Assembly: GCF_964355755.1 (NCBI RefSeq)
Contig: NC_092675.1
Coordinates: forward strand, 6,629,812 to 6,693,811
Length of the DNA stretch: 64,000 nt
Source: Antedon mediterranea
Taxonomy: Eukaryota; Animalia; Echinodermata
Direction of reading: 5' to 3'
Below are positions 1 through 11,891 of this stretch, piece after piece. The first letter of the stretch is position 1; each line of letters opens with the position of its first letter. The position numbers and the translations under genes are program-made. A model generated the notes under the pieces. That model was not told where the DNA came from. It saw nothing but the letters and a program-made list of their open reading frames with translations, and did no database searches.

Positions 1-179
1 TAGCATTCCCCAAATAATTCTTCATTCAATTCATCATTGAATATAATTTATTAATCGTTTGAAACAAGACAAAGTGTATTAATTAAGAACTTTATACCGT
101 ATTATATTTTAAAATTATAAATGGACCAGAAGCCCCTGATGAAATCCTTTAAATTTTTTTGACCAATCATTTAGTATTT

Positions 180-279
180 AAACAAGGCCATATACATGGC
201 TGCAGTCGCGTGCGCAAATTTAAGTGTTTACCGACCGCCCAACCAACCGACCAACATAGTGAGCGGTAGAGTCTAAAAA
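180..279 (+). mobile_element. Short Helentron-associated (HINE/DINE-1-like) interspersed element
   Basis: AAACAAGGCCATATACATGGCTGCAGTCGCGTGC...(ACCG/ACCA)n...CATAGTGAGC..TAGAGTCTAAAAA; same family as copies at 37622, 46779 and 47205. Confidence 0.6.
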
Positions 280-587
280 TAACATGTATTGGTTATTCTT
301 TGGTGGGTACAGTTAGATAATGAAATACACGATACCTTAGACGACAACAAATGCTTGCAATGATTGTTTTTATTGAATCTTGTCTGAATATCAACATAAC
401 AATAGCAATTGATATCATATGGTTGAATCATCGTCATTTTTATCATAAGTATAATTATCATTAAAACTGAAATACATTTTGCTTAACTAAAATTTTTCGT
501 GCGATAACTGATAACATTTTCCCCGTGTGTCGAGGCATCATGCTATACTTTTAGAACGCTCTTTCTGTAGGCTACATAGTGATTTGT

Positions 588-3185
588 CTATTCCGCACTC
601 TTAAGTTGCTTAATCAGGTCTTTAAGCCAACAAAACGGTTGCTTGCCAGATGTTCTAAGGTAGAATGTTCCACTGACTTGACTGACGTCAGCGAAGTAAC
701 CCATTTTGGGGCAACCAAGGAGTCCGCATGATGTACATTTCCCACTCTCAAAGCGTCGGTTATTAAGACACGGGAAGGCTGAAAAGCAGTCTTCCTCCTC
801 GATGCTTTCGATAAAAAATTCAGTTGCTCGACTGTGACTGCATGACACCTCTGACATGTTTGCTAAAATGTAAACAAAGATTGTATCGGTGTTGATATTC
901 ATATCACAATTCTAATAGAGAGCTTTCTATTTTGAAGACCTTAAGACTTACCGTACGTATACGCATATTGCAAATCAAAAACTGCCATACACTATACGCT
1001 GCATCTACTATGACGTAGGCAATATTGCAAAATAAATAGCGAACGATACATTGTAAAGTTGAAGAATGCAACATTTTTAACTGCTCGATGAATACATAAT
1101 TGGAAGTTGAATGTCAAACTTACCAAACATGTCAAAAACTGTAGGTGGGCAACCAGGCTGCTCTTTACCACCGTTCGGATAAAAGTCCATGTGGCCAATC
1201 TTGAAAGAAGGATAAATACAGTACGGATTTAGTGGTGTCAAAACAAATCATGTCTGTACAATTGTTGACTGGTATTCTTAGATAAAGAAACACTCATTTT
1301 GGAGTTTAAGATGAGTTAAGCTCTGTCTACACTACTACCAAACTAGTTTGACAAAAAGTGTGATGTGCCCAAATATGGTAGAGTGATATGTCATTGTGTC
1401 CATATATGGGAATATTACATTTTTGTCACTTAAAGTTTGATAGTGTAGAGAGAGTATTATACTTACTGCATCAAGCATCCCAAAACCAACCACTAGTAGA
1501 GTTTCGCCATCGGTGTGGATGTTGTCAACAAGAAGAGCATCAGACGGATCCAATCTACAAATTGGATCGGTGTTGCGAAATCCAGGACCAGCAGGATCAA
1601 GACCTGATATTTAATTTATATGGATTAAAATAAACTATATTTAATTCATATATTTTGTTCATGTGATTTTATTGGTTATGATATTAGTAGAAAAAGTGTA
1701 TTATTTGGTAACTTTGTGTTTTTGTCTACTTCCATCTGTAGACAACAAACACAAAGTTGATAAACAAATATCATTATTTGGTTCAATGCCACAATGTGAG
1801 TATTTGGTTGCTTCACAGGCATCGTAATATCACTTTAACCCGAGTACCACATTTTGTATATATAAGCTACTACTGTACAACTAATTTAAAAAAAAAACCA
1901 TATAAGCTGACGGGTTTTTGTCAGCAAGCACGTTAGTCCCTAATAGCCAACCAAGTATACAAACTCTAGCTCTACCCAAGATAAACTTCGAAAACTTCCG
2001 AAAGCAAAATGTTACTTACCGGTTATCCGTCCGATACCTGGTGTTGTCTCACCAGCAAAACCAGATATGTGAGCACCAAGACTATGGCCAACTAGATGCA
2101 TCATAACATATAGAGCACCAGATTCCTTTTGAAGAAACTGGATGAACATTCCAACCTCTCGACCAACAACTCTAGTGTTTTGTACAGATTTGGTGTAAAT
2201 ATCTTTAGCGCCTCTTCCCCAGTCAATAACAAACACATTAACATTTCTCTAAAGTAAAAATATTCATTTGTTTGTTATATTGGAGCAGTTTAAGTTGTAT
2301 AGCAGCTAATTTAAACATAAAGGTACGTTCTTTTGTACCATTCTATTTCCATTTCAAATACAGTATTACATTTTCTGTAATCATTTGTATGTTACTATTG
2401 TATATTATATACAATTATAAATGATATTTGCATTAATAGGCTTAAACTGAATTGAATTAAGGATTTAGGATCTGCTTTGCCCAATGTAAATAATTATTGG
2501 GAAGGAACGTAAATATCAACATATTTAAGCATATAAGTTGTCATGCTACACAATAATATTACCTTACCCTCTTAATAAGTTTGTCTTTAGCCGTCTGAAC
2601 CCAGTTAGATTTAGTTCCACTCGATGTATATCCATGAATAAGGAATACTGTCTTCAGTAATGGGTTAAAATTGGAAAGCAGCAAAGATGCCGCCTGAGTT
2701 CGATCCACCTCCCAGAAATCGGTAGGATTATGTTGCGTGTAAAGAAGGAATCGTGTACCGATGTAGGCTGGTGATCTTGGAGGAAAGTGCCAAAATGAGT
2801 CATACGGTGCGTCGCTGCTGAAACATCCTAGGTCACCATAACATACCTCCTCAGATGAAACTAAAGTAAGGAGATTGAGTGTATTTCATAGCCTAACTAT
2901 GTGTTCTAATGTGAATAATTATAACAACAAAAAATAGTCACTTTAAACGAGCCTCTTTCGGCCTAACGTTGAATCACTGTTGCTTTTGCAATTTCATTAA
3001 GCTTTTGAGATTTTCTTTCTATTTCTTGTATTTTCACACTCACCAATTCAGCAAAATGATAAATTATTAAATCTTGAATATAACATAAAAGAAAATAATC
3101 GTCGCGTTTACAAGAAGATTTTGATACATTACTTACCAGAAAGAACAATAAAAGAGCAAATCAACAAGTGTGTAAACGAAAACAT
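588..3185 (-). CDS. Pancreatic lipase-family secreted lipase 1 (6 coding exons, about 352 aa, no C-terminal PLAT domain)
   Basis: Exons on minus strand: 3185-3137 (signal peptide [16 protein letters not shown]), 2860-2568 ([10 protein letters not shown]...VFLIHGY), 2248-2020 (VIDW...GHSLGAH...RITG), 1603-1467 (LDPAGP...IHTD), 1199-1124 ([16 protein letters not shown]), 862-588 (SCSHSRA...QPFC...stop). All introns GT-AG with compatible phases; exon sizes 229/137/76 match the paralogs; Ser/Asp/His triad motifs intact. Confidence 0.92.
1319..1455. mobile_element. Harbinger-type MITE, family H2 (TIR AGCTCTGTCTACACTATCAAAC)
   Basis: Terminal inverted repeats with a core GATGTGCCCAAATATGGTAG, preceded by TTA. 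Related copies at about 27417-27540, 36050-36121, 48454-48600 and 62687-62802. Confidence 0.65.
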
Positions 3186-3887
3186 CTTGAATGCGAGCGA
3201 GTTAAGAAAGGTAGTCTTAATTTATATTGGCTTCTTATCTTTTCAGGTTACTCAAGTCAAAGAGACCAGTATGGTTTTATTTGCAATTACTTAGTATACA
3301 TCCGTCTTGCAAAATTACTTATGTTATAATTTAAAATAGGCTAAACGAATGGAAATTGTACTTTGCAAATATTGACGTGGCATAGATGGATTTCATTTTA
3401 TCATTAACAGTTCGGCCACATGTTTTTTGTATGTGTTAATACTCAACTCTTTTATTTGTTCATATCTGCCTACTTTGTTAAATATATTTTCTTATTAATT
3501 GTTATGTATAATATTATTATGTAGCACTATACATATTAATATAATATATTAATTGCATAATAATGTTTATCAACCAGTCTATTGAAGTCATGGATTATTT
3601 GTACATTATTCTTCATTTGTCTTACTAATTATAACTTTAAGAAATAGGTTGAGCTATACTGTAGTTATGAATATTATTGAACTGAAATCTATATTATAAA
3701 TAAGGTAAAATCGAGTATCGTTAATAGGTTCGTTATTAATTTAAAACATACGGTGCTTTGCAGACTAATAGATAATTTAAGCAATTAGGCTTATATCATT
3801 TAGCAAATACTTATCTGAAATGTCCTGCTTTTCAACAGATACTTCAACATCTGTGTCAGGTGATACTGGATTCGACGCGCAAACCTC

Positions 3888-3895
3888 TATATAAA
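3888..3895 (+). promoter_or_regulatory. Candidate TATA box of lipase 2
   Basis: TATATAAA about 80 bp upstream of the ATG at 3974. A minus-strand TATAAA at 3221-3226 may serve lipase 1. Confidence 0.5.
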
Positions 3896-3973
3896 CATAC
3901 ATTTAATTTCTATCATTGTTAGTACATCAAAGTTTTCTAAGCAAACCTTCGTTTTATAAATTGACTCTGTAAA

Positions 3974-6900
3974 ATGTTGCTGTTGTTGATTGTAGCGCTG
4001 TCTTCAACGTCTGGCAAGTTGACTTAATTTTTTCTACTATCTAAATTTACTATAGTGACTAAATAACCTTAGACTTAAAAACTAATTTCTCTGTGTATTA
4101 AACATGGATAACAAACTTATTTATTCATGATATACATATTCTTATATAGGCAGTGGTATACAGTCTTTATCGTTTAGCATTCCCATTGCAATCATTTGAA
4201 TGTCTTGCCTGGTCAAGTTTGATTTATTGTTTCGTTTTGTTTATGCTTTTTTTCGGTAAAAAAAAAATCACACCATATTGAGTTATAACAAGAATAGTAG
4301 ACAGTAGTTTGTCATCGAGTATTACTGTGGGTTTATGCTAGACACTTTACTGAGGTCCACAATAGATGTGTATTTAATAATACAACTTTATTTTGCTTTT
4401 TTTTTTATTGCATAGCTTTTGCCGACCAAGTGTGCTATGGTGATTTAGGCTGTTTTACAGACACCTATCCGTGTAGCCGTACTAAAAGTTTTCCGCCGAG
4501 ATCTCCTGATTTTATTCAGACTAAGTTCTATCTGTATACCAGGAATTCTAATAACGCTTTCAAAATTGATAGAAACGACGCTTCGACACTCCAGAAATCA
4601 ACATTCGATTCTAGTAAAAACACCATTTTTCTTATACATGGCTATACCGAATCTGGGCTCTATTCTAATTGGGTTAACAATGTCAGAAACCAACTTCTGA
4701 ACTTAGTAAGTAAAATATGTTGCCATTACAACGATTAAAAAAATTAGAATGTCTTAAATAGTCTTGAAAATATGAATTGTATTGTAAAAAAAGGCATTTT
4801 TACAATAATTATTTTACAAACATTTTTACCTACCCAACACATCACCAGATTTCATGTAGATAATATAAACGACAAAGTAGACACAATGTGTGTAGGTAGA
4901 CCTATTCATAGCCATAGCCTAGAACACTGTATTTAAATAATCTTTTTATAGTTTTTGTTTGTATATTTGTTACTAGGAAAAACAAAACGTGATAGCTGTT
5001 GACTGGGAACGTGGTGCCAAAGATATCTACTACAAATCTGTACAAAACATTCAAGTAGTCGGTGCTGAGGTAGCAAAGTTTATTGAGCTTTTGAACAATG
5101 AGCTTGGTTATCCTAACAAGAATATATACATCATTGGTCACAGTCTCGGCGCACACGCAGCTGGTTACGCTGGAGCGGCGAGCTCTGGGATTGGTAGAAT
5201 TACAGGTAGGCCTTCAAGTCTATTAGACCAAAGGTGGTTGTTTTCCAAAAATCAAAAGATCCACGAAATAATCATAAATAGCAACAGATTATAGGCCTAT
5301 AGAAACTCAGAAAGATTACTATGTGGTCATCGTAGTTGTCTACATTTCGTCTTTTATACCAAGAATGGCATTTGCAACGACAAGGGACGAAGGGTAGAAT
5401 GAATTATGACCTCACCGGTGGTATTTTTTTCGAAATTACAACAACCATTTTCTGTTGTTTTAATTCCCCCTTTTTTTTCAATATATTATATTTAGCATCG
5501 AATATTGTATTGACATGGATGCGGAAAGAAAGTTTGATGCATATGGTTGTTTAGTATAAGTATAAGTGTAGTAGTAAATGGAGTGTAACTGTAGATTATT
5601 TTACCTATATTTGATCGAATATTAAAGACATTGACAGTAATTTTAAAGGGAAGCAATGGGGGCTCGTTTGCATTAGATCATTATAAGGCACGTGTAAACC
5701 TTAAGGTGTACTTGATTCCAGGTCTTGATCCTGCTGGTCCTGAATTTAGATATCTGGATCCTACCTGCCGCCTGGATCCTTCAGATGCATCTCTTGTGGA
5801 TAACATCCACACTGATGGAGAGAGACTGGATGAATTGGGATTTGGTCTACTTCAACCGGTAAGCGCTCTTCACAAAACACAACGATTTTATTAAAAAAAA
5901 CAACTTTACTCTATCTTGAAATGGGAACACAAAGCAGAATTATAGCAACAATTATTAACAAATTAACTGCTATACTTGGTATATATTGATTGGGCTATAC
6001 TGGAAGAGGAGGTTATACGTAGGCCTACCCGACCTAGGTCTAACGTTTAGTAGCCTACTTGACTATACCTTTTTTGTTTGTATAACGTTAACCTCTAACA
6101 TTTCTTAACAGTTCTTATTTTTTGTTTGCAATTAATTAATTAATTATCTCAAACAATACTTATTGTATCTGGTATATCTGGTGACGTCACAAAATTGTTT
6201 CAATATGTATTACATAGCACGCCTTCTGTCGCTCTCTGCATTCTGCCAAATACTTTGCTTAGTGTCTGCTGAGCGCTTAACTTACAATGCTGATTTTAAT
6301 AGAAAAAAGACTCATAAAAAGTTTATAAAATACATATGAATGTATGAATATCAAACCAACGAACGCATAAATTATAAAGTTTTCCTTTACCTCACCTAAA
6401 ATAATAATATTTGTAGTATTATGATAATCATTATTACTATATTTTAAAATCAGCTTGGTCACATGGATTTCTACCCTAATAGCGGCAAAGAACAACCCGG
6501 ATGCCCCGTGACAGTGTTCGATGCATTGGGTAGGTTTTAAACAATATATACATAACTATAATGCTATTAATATTATTGTTATTTTGTCTGCTGCTGGATA
6601 AGATATTAAAACTCATTAATAAATCAAGTTCCACAACACACTAACCAAATTTAATGTTTGTACTATTTTGGATATTTGGAATGTTTTGAGCAAAATGTTT
6701 GTGACCACGCTTATCCATGTATATGAGTAAAATGTTAATTATTAACTAATTTCAATATTGTATTTCAGCGGATATTGATGAGGTGTCTTGCAGTCATGGT
6801 CGGTCGCATCTGTACTTTCTGGAAAGTATGGGTTCAGCAAGTTGTAGGTTCAAATCGACCCCATGTTCTACGTGGGATCGTTATGTTGCCGGCAAGTGTA

Positions 6901-7007
6901 GCTGTGGTTCATCCGGGTGTCCCGAAATGGGATATTACGCTGACCAAAGCAGTGCAAGAGGAAACTTTTACCTAGTCACAGGGAGTTCTTCGCCATACTG
7001 CCAATAA
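3974..7007 (+). CDS. Pancreatic lipase-family secreted lipase 2 (6 coding exons, about 336 aa)
   Basis: Exons 3974-4013 (MLLLLIVALSSTS, GC donor), 4416-4705 (VCYGDLGCF...IHGY), 4977-5205 (GHSLGAH), 5722-5858 (GLDPAGP, IHTD), 6454-6529 ([16 protein letters not shown]), 6769-7007 (SCSHGRS...PYCQ stop). Phases consistent. Confidence 0.92.
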
Positions 7008-7507
7008 ATTAGACAATTTAGTGGTAATCATCAACATGATTCAAATATACACCAGCATAACAAAACTATATACAGTACACAATGTTAATTGAATTAATAA
7101 GAAACAATTATAAATAATCGTTTAATAATTATTTTAATTGTTGTTTTGTTTAGATTTTAAAAGTAATACAATATGACGATAAACATTTAGTAACGTATTA
7201 AATTCAACAAAGTGATCTTATTAAACTGAATATGGAATATTGCTGTCTGTTGATTTTGTATCACGTGACATTGGTTTTTAAATCGTCCGTCTGGTAGACG
7301 AGTGCCGCTAAGGTAAAATTTTCCATTTAGCGATGAAATAAGCCTGTTTTTGTCCTCCATATAACTCATAAACATTCATCATGATCGTGAAACATTCACA
7401 ACCAAAACATCGCCAAGTAACAATACAAAATAGAGATGTAAAGCAGGAAATGTTATGTTGAACAGTAACGAGGAAACAGATGTTCAGGACCGTAGACCGT
7501 AGCCAGG

Positions 7508-7509
<2 letters not shown>

Positions 7510-7556
<47 letters not shown>

Positions 7557-7572
7557 GGGGGGGGGGAGGGGG
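7510..7572. repeat. (TG)n microsatellite followed by poly-G
   Basis: About 22 TG units, then a G run. More poly-G runs at 7863-7903. Confidence 0.95.
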
Positions 7573-10500
7573 TGATCACTATGACACTAAGTAATTGGGT
7601 CACCAGGTACATCCAGGGACAAAAAATGCGGGTTATTTTCCGGGTGAAAATCGGCAATTTATTTGCAAAGTTTATAAATTTACAGACATGTATCGCTCGG
7701 CGTACGCTCATACAGAGGAGAAGGTATGAGTTGTTCATGAACGAGTTTACGAATTTTTCAATTTACGAATAAGCTTTTGTACTGTGGGGCACGTATTTGG
7801 AAAATGTTCAGAGATGAGGGTGAGGTATTTGGCATGTCGAGAATGGGGGTTCGAGTCGGTTAGGGGGGGGGGGGGGGGTGTCGCTGTAAGGGGGGGGGGG
7901 GGGAGAGGGCTGTTTCCCCCTGATGTTTAGTGTAACTTTTTTTTTTTAATGTATGGTGTATGGTGGTGTGGTAACTGTTTGTCTGTGGTTATGATGATGC
8001 CTTGGGTAATTATTAACGATTAATCTGAAGAATGTAGATAACAAATTACGTGACGACTAACGAAGATTACTAAATTGATTACATTCTTAAGGAATAGTTG
8101 AAGTCGAGATTATTGTACATTTATTTGTTTCGTGACTCGTGTATCCGTCTATAGAGTCGACAAGATATTCCTGACTTTCTCGACAAACAACGAGGGGTAA
8201 CACTACCCTGTGAAAGATGACTTGAAGCCAGATTGTGTGTGTCGTATCTGAATTACAGACACAATTATATTACTACCATTTGCACATTCTTTGGTAAATA
8301 ACAGTGTGCTGGGTTGGAGAAGAAAATCAAAACTGAAAAAGATTATATTACATAAGGGCTACGACGTAAATACCACTTTTATCCTCCTTTTTAATCCAAC
8401 AATAATCAAAGTAAAATTTGAAACCCACCCCCACACCCACCAAAAACCAACTAAAGCTCTCAGGAGAAAATCCCATTTTAAAATGTGATGGCGCTAGTTA
8501 CGATCCGTTGAGCATGATTAACTAATGAATGATGTAATGCATAAACGGACATACATATTATAGGATAAAGATTTGTTCTCGTGGTCCATTGCGAGTTCAG
8601 GTTATAGACAGCTGTACCACCGCATGCTTTTGTAATAGCTGTTATATGTGTAAAAAAAAATTATGAACGAATTTAGCTAATTGCTGATTTTGTACTTGTC
8701 ATCAGAAGTCTGATTAGTGGCCGACGTCATAGAAAAAATGATTATTATCCGGATTGAAAAAATGTAAACTTTTACCCATACCAAAGATTGTATAGCGCCG
8801 CTACCCATACTTGTCTACATATTTCTCTTTCTGTTGTAAATTAACATAGTTATACCCGCATTTCTTTTAGTCGAATTAGTCCTAAATATGATATGAATGA
8901 ATAGGCCTAATGAATGTTTATATAGAACAGTTGTTTTATATAACATTTAAATAGATTCTTGTCATTTAAATCATATTGAATAAAAGCTAGGCTTAGCCTA
9001 CATTTAATTCACATTGAAACAGTAACATTTATTTGTTTTTTAATATAATATATTAAATATTATTTTTAATCGGATTTTATAAACACTGTAGTGTTAATTA
9101 TGTAAAAAAAAAAGACCAAACAATTCTAGGCCTAGCTAGGCTGAAGCGCCTAGGCCTAGCCTAATATAACACTCCTAGTTAGGCTAGTAACAAAATGTAT
9201 GTATTACCAATGTAAAATTCAATAGAATATGATATTAAATGATTAGTAAATAAACAATTATATTACTTTAACCTCATTCGAAGTATGTAAATACTTTATT
9301 AGTCCTGAGAGACAACGTGACTTCACGTGGTACACGCGAGAAAAATATTATGGAATGCACTGAATTTTTAAACTTGAAATATCAAAATCATACAAACGAT
9401 CTAAAGCTAATTTAATGTTTTGGACGGCGTAGATCTGTTTTTAATAGTGCGGGCGGGGGTAACGTATACAAATCGAAATACTTTGCGAGCGAAGCGAGCA
9501 ACCTTAGGCTGAGGGCCAGTGGGCCGCCAAGTCTCTTTGAGTAATTTATAGGTCGTTTCAATCGATTTCTGAGCACATAAAAATTCCGCCCAGAAGAACA
9601 CAATTATTTTGGGTTACGCACTTTTTAGGCACTGGGCCTAATGCGCCACTGGTTATATTCACGCAAAATCTATTCTTCTTAGATACTGTATTTTCTGAAA
9701 TTATATACGATACATCTTGCTCAAAGTCTTACTTTCTATTTCATTTCAAACAATTTAATGATTTTGCTGTTGAAAAAGTGAGGGTGAGGACAATCCTCCA
9801 CTAAAAATATTTGTGTGGGAGGATCTCCCCAGGATCTGCGTCGGTGGTTTTAGCCTAAGTTAGTACATTATCTCTCCAAAAATTTACTTCCGTCGCGATA
9901 CCAGTCTCACACTAAATCTTGCGGCGGAAGTACAAAATAGGCGGTGCTGTATTTTAAAAGAAAACAGTATAATATAACAACAAAATTCCAAACGTGATAA
10001 GACATTTTTTTCATACACGGAAAAAAGTACTATTGAACGAAGATATTGTGAAGATAAAATATAACTTGATGGGAATAAAATAGATTGATTCACAAATGAT
10101 AATTGTCATGATGGTTTAAACGAATTACAGTAGGAACAATAACACCGAAGATTTGGATGAAAACTATAAATTTAGAATAACATAGTTATAGGAAATCTGA
10201 CAAATCAGAATAGAAAAAGTGAAACCTCTAGAAATGTATTTTTTATAAGCAAAGAATTCTCATAAACACAAATATTTTGTGCTGTATATATTGAGCGTGT
10301 ACAATACATTTGGTAAGATAAGCATTTTGAATGTTTAACAGATGAAGAACCGGATTGTGGAACTTGTATACGAGGAAACAACCGCGTCCCAGATTAGTAG
10401 ACTTAGTTAACTCTCCGATACCGGTTATGGACATTTTATTTCAGATACATTTCTTCAAAAAAGAAAGCAAACTAAATAAAAACATAGGACAGCCGTATAC

Positions 10501-11396
10501 AAAACGGTATAAAGTAAGCAGATAAAATGTAGAAAACATTATGACAGGAATGCATGGTCACTAATACAGCAATTTCATTGAAAAGCCCCAACCCAATACT
10601 TTGTAAAGTATGATATACCATGGATTAATGAGATTCTATTTTTTACTCCATGGATATGCAGAGCCGGTTTAACCTTCATGAAACCCCAAACTACAACATT
10701 AGTAAATTACCTGTTGATGAAATGGAAGAAACCCACAGTTTACAGGTGTCCGCTTATTTCTAAACATATTTGAAGTTGTCACTTGTCAATTTTCACTAAT
10801 AGCACTATTAGAAGTCATGGTTAGGGTATTGTACTTTATGTAATATTACTAAATGACGCCAGTGAAAAATAAATAATAGAATATCAACATGTGTCATTAT
10901 TCAATATATAAAAATAGTATGCAATTAAAGGACACGGAGAATACATGTGCAGCAGCAGTGCATTAAAAAATATATAAATACTATACCGTGGCTTTGATGG
11001 TTTAGATACTATTAAAACAAACTTAGATATTGAAAAAAAAGTATGTTCTTATACATATGTTTAGTTTTTGATATCAAATTTTCGTTTTTTTGTGAAGGTG
11101 AAGATAAACGTTGAAACTTACCAACGTTTCGTGCGTTAGCATCGCACTTTTTCAAGGTAGTGGTGTCAGCTTGGTTTGCCGACACTGATCATGGCATAGT
11201 CACGTGATGTTGATATCAAAAATATTTTGGGAAGGAGATGAAATTTTTCAATTTCATATGTTTAGTATTTCATCGCAAACTGAACAATTCGTTCGCAATC
11301 ATTACACTATTACATGCACCTGTAGAGCATTTTATGAGTTTAAGAAGCCGATTTCTATATAGCCAAAACTGTCAATTATTTAAAACACCACTCACG

Positions 11397-11745
11397 CTTA
11401 TCCATATCTATATCCATTATCGTTTTACTTGATAAGGTAATGTTTATCGATTTTATAAATGAAAAATCTACAACCTTTATGGTAAGATAAGTTTAAGTAA
11501 AACTGCGGTTCACATTTTAGAAGTGCTAATTTTCATCATGCATCATCTATGATTTCAGCAATTACCATTAACAAGGTGTGAAAATTCTCATCAAAACGGG
11601 CTCTTAAAATGTTTGGTTAGGCCCATTTGAACGATAAGAGTAATAACTATTTAGCTTATCCAAACAACTTTAACAAATTATTTATAAGTTTATAGCGGTC
11701 ATTAAAAGATATTTCGTGACTGATGACATCAAACAACAGTATAAA
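11397..11745 (+). promoter_or_regulatory. Candidate lipase 3 promoter: GATA-site cluster plus TATA box
   Basis: GATAAG/CTTATC at about 11397, 11431, 11486, 11633 and 11655; TATAAA at 11740-11745; ATG at 11892. Confidence 0.45.
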
Positions 11746-11891
11746 TCAAGAATTTTCCTTTAGAAATTAACTAAAACGAAAGCGAATTCCATCACTACGA
11801 GTTGCTGAACGAAGAAGAAACAAAAACTACTTTATCTTTAATATTTAGTACTGTTTTTTTAAAGCTAACTACTGTACCACGTTCTTTTGAA

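Noticed and set aside
3042-3072. Possible extra small exon in lipase 1 intron 1 (GTGAGT donor)
   Set aside because: Its 29-nt length would break the phase, and it has no counterpart in the paralogs.
7484-9860. Short ORFs and hAT-like termini (CAGGACCGTAG, GCGCCACTG) between lipases 2 and 3
   Set aside because: No matched TIR pair or TSD could be established, and the ORFs are low-complexity. Likely repeat debris.
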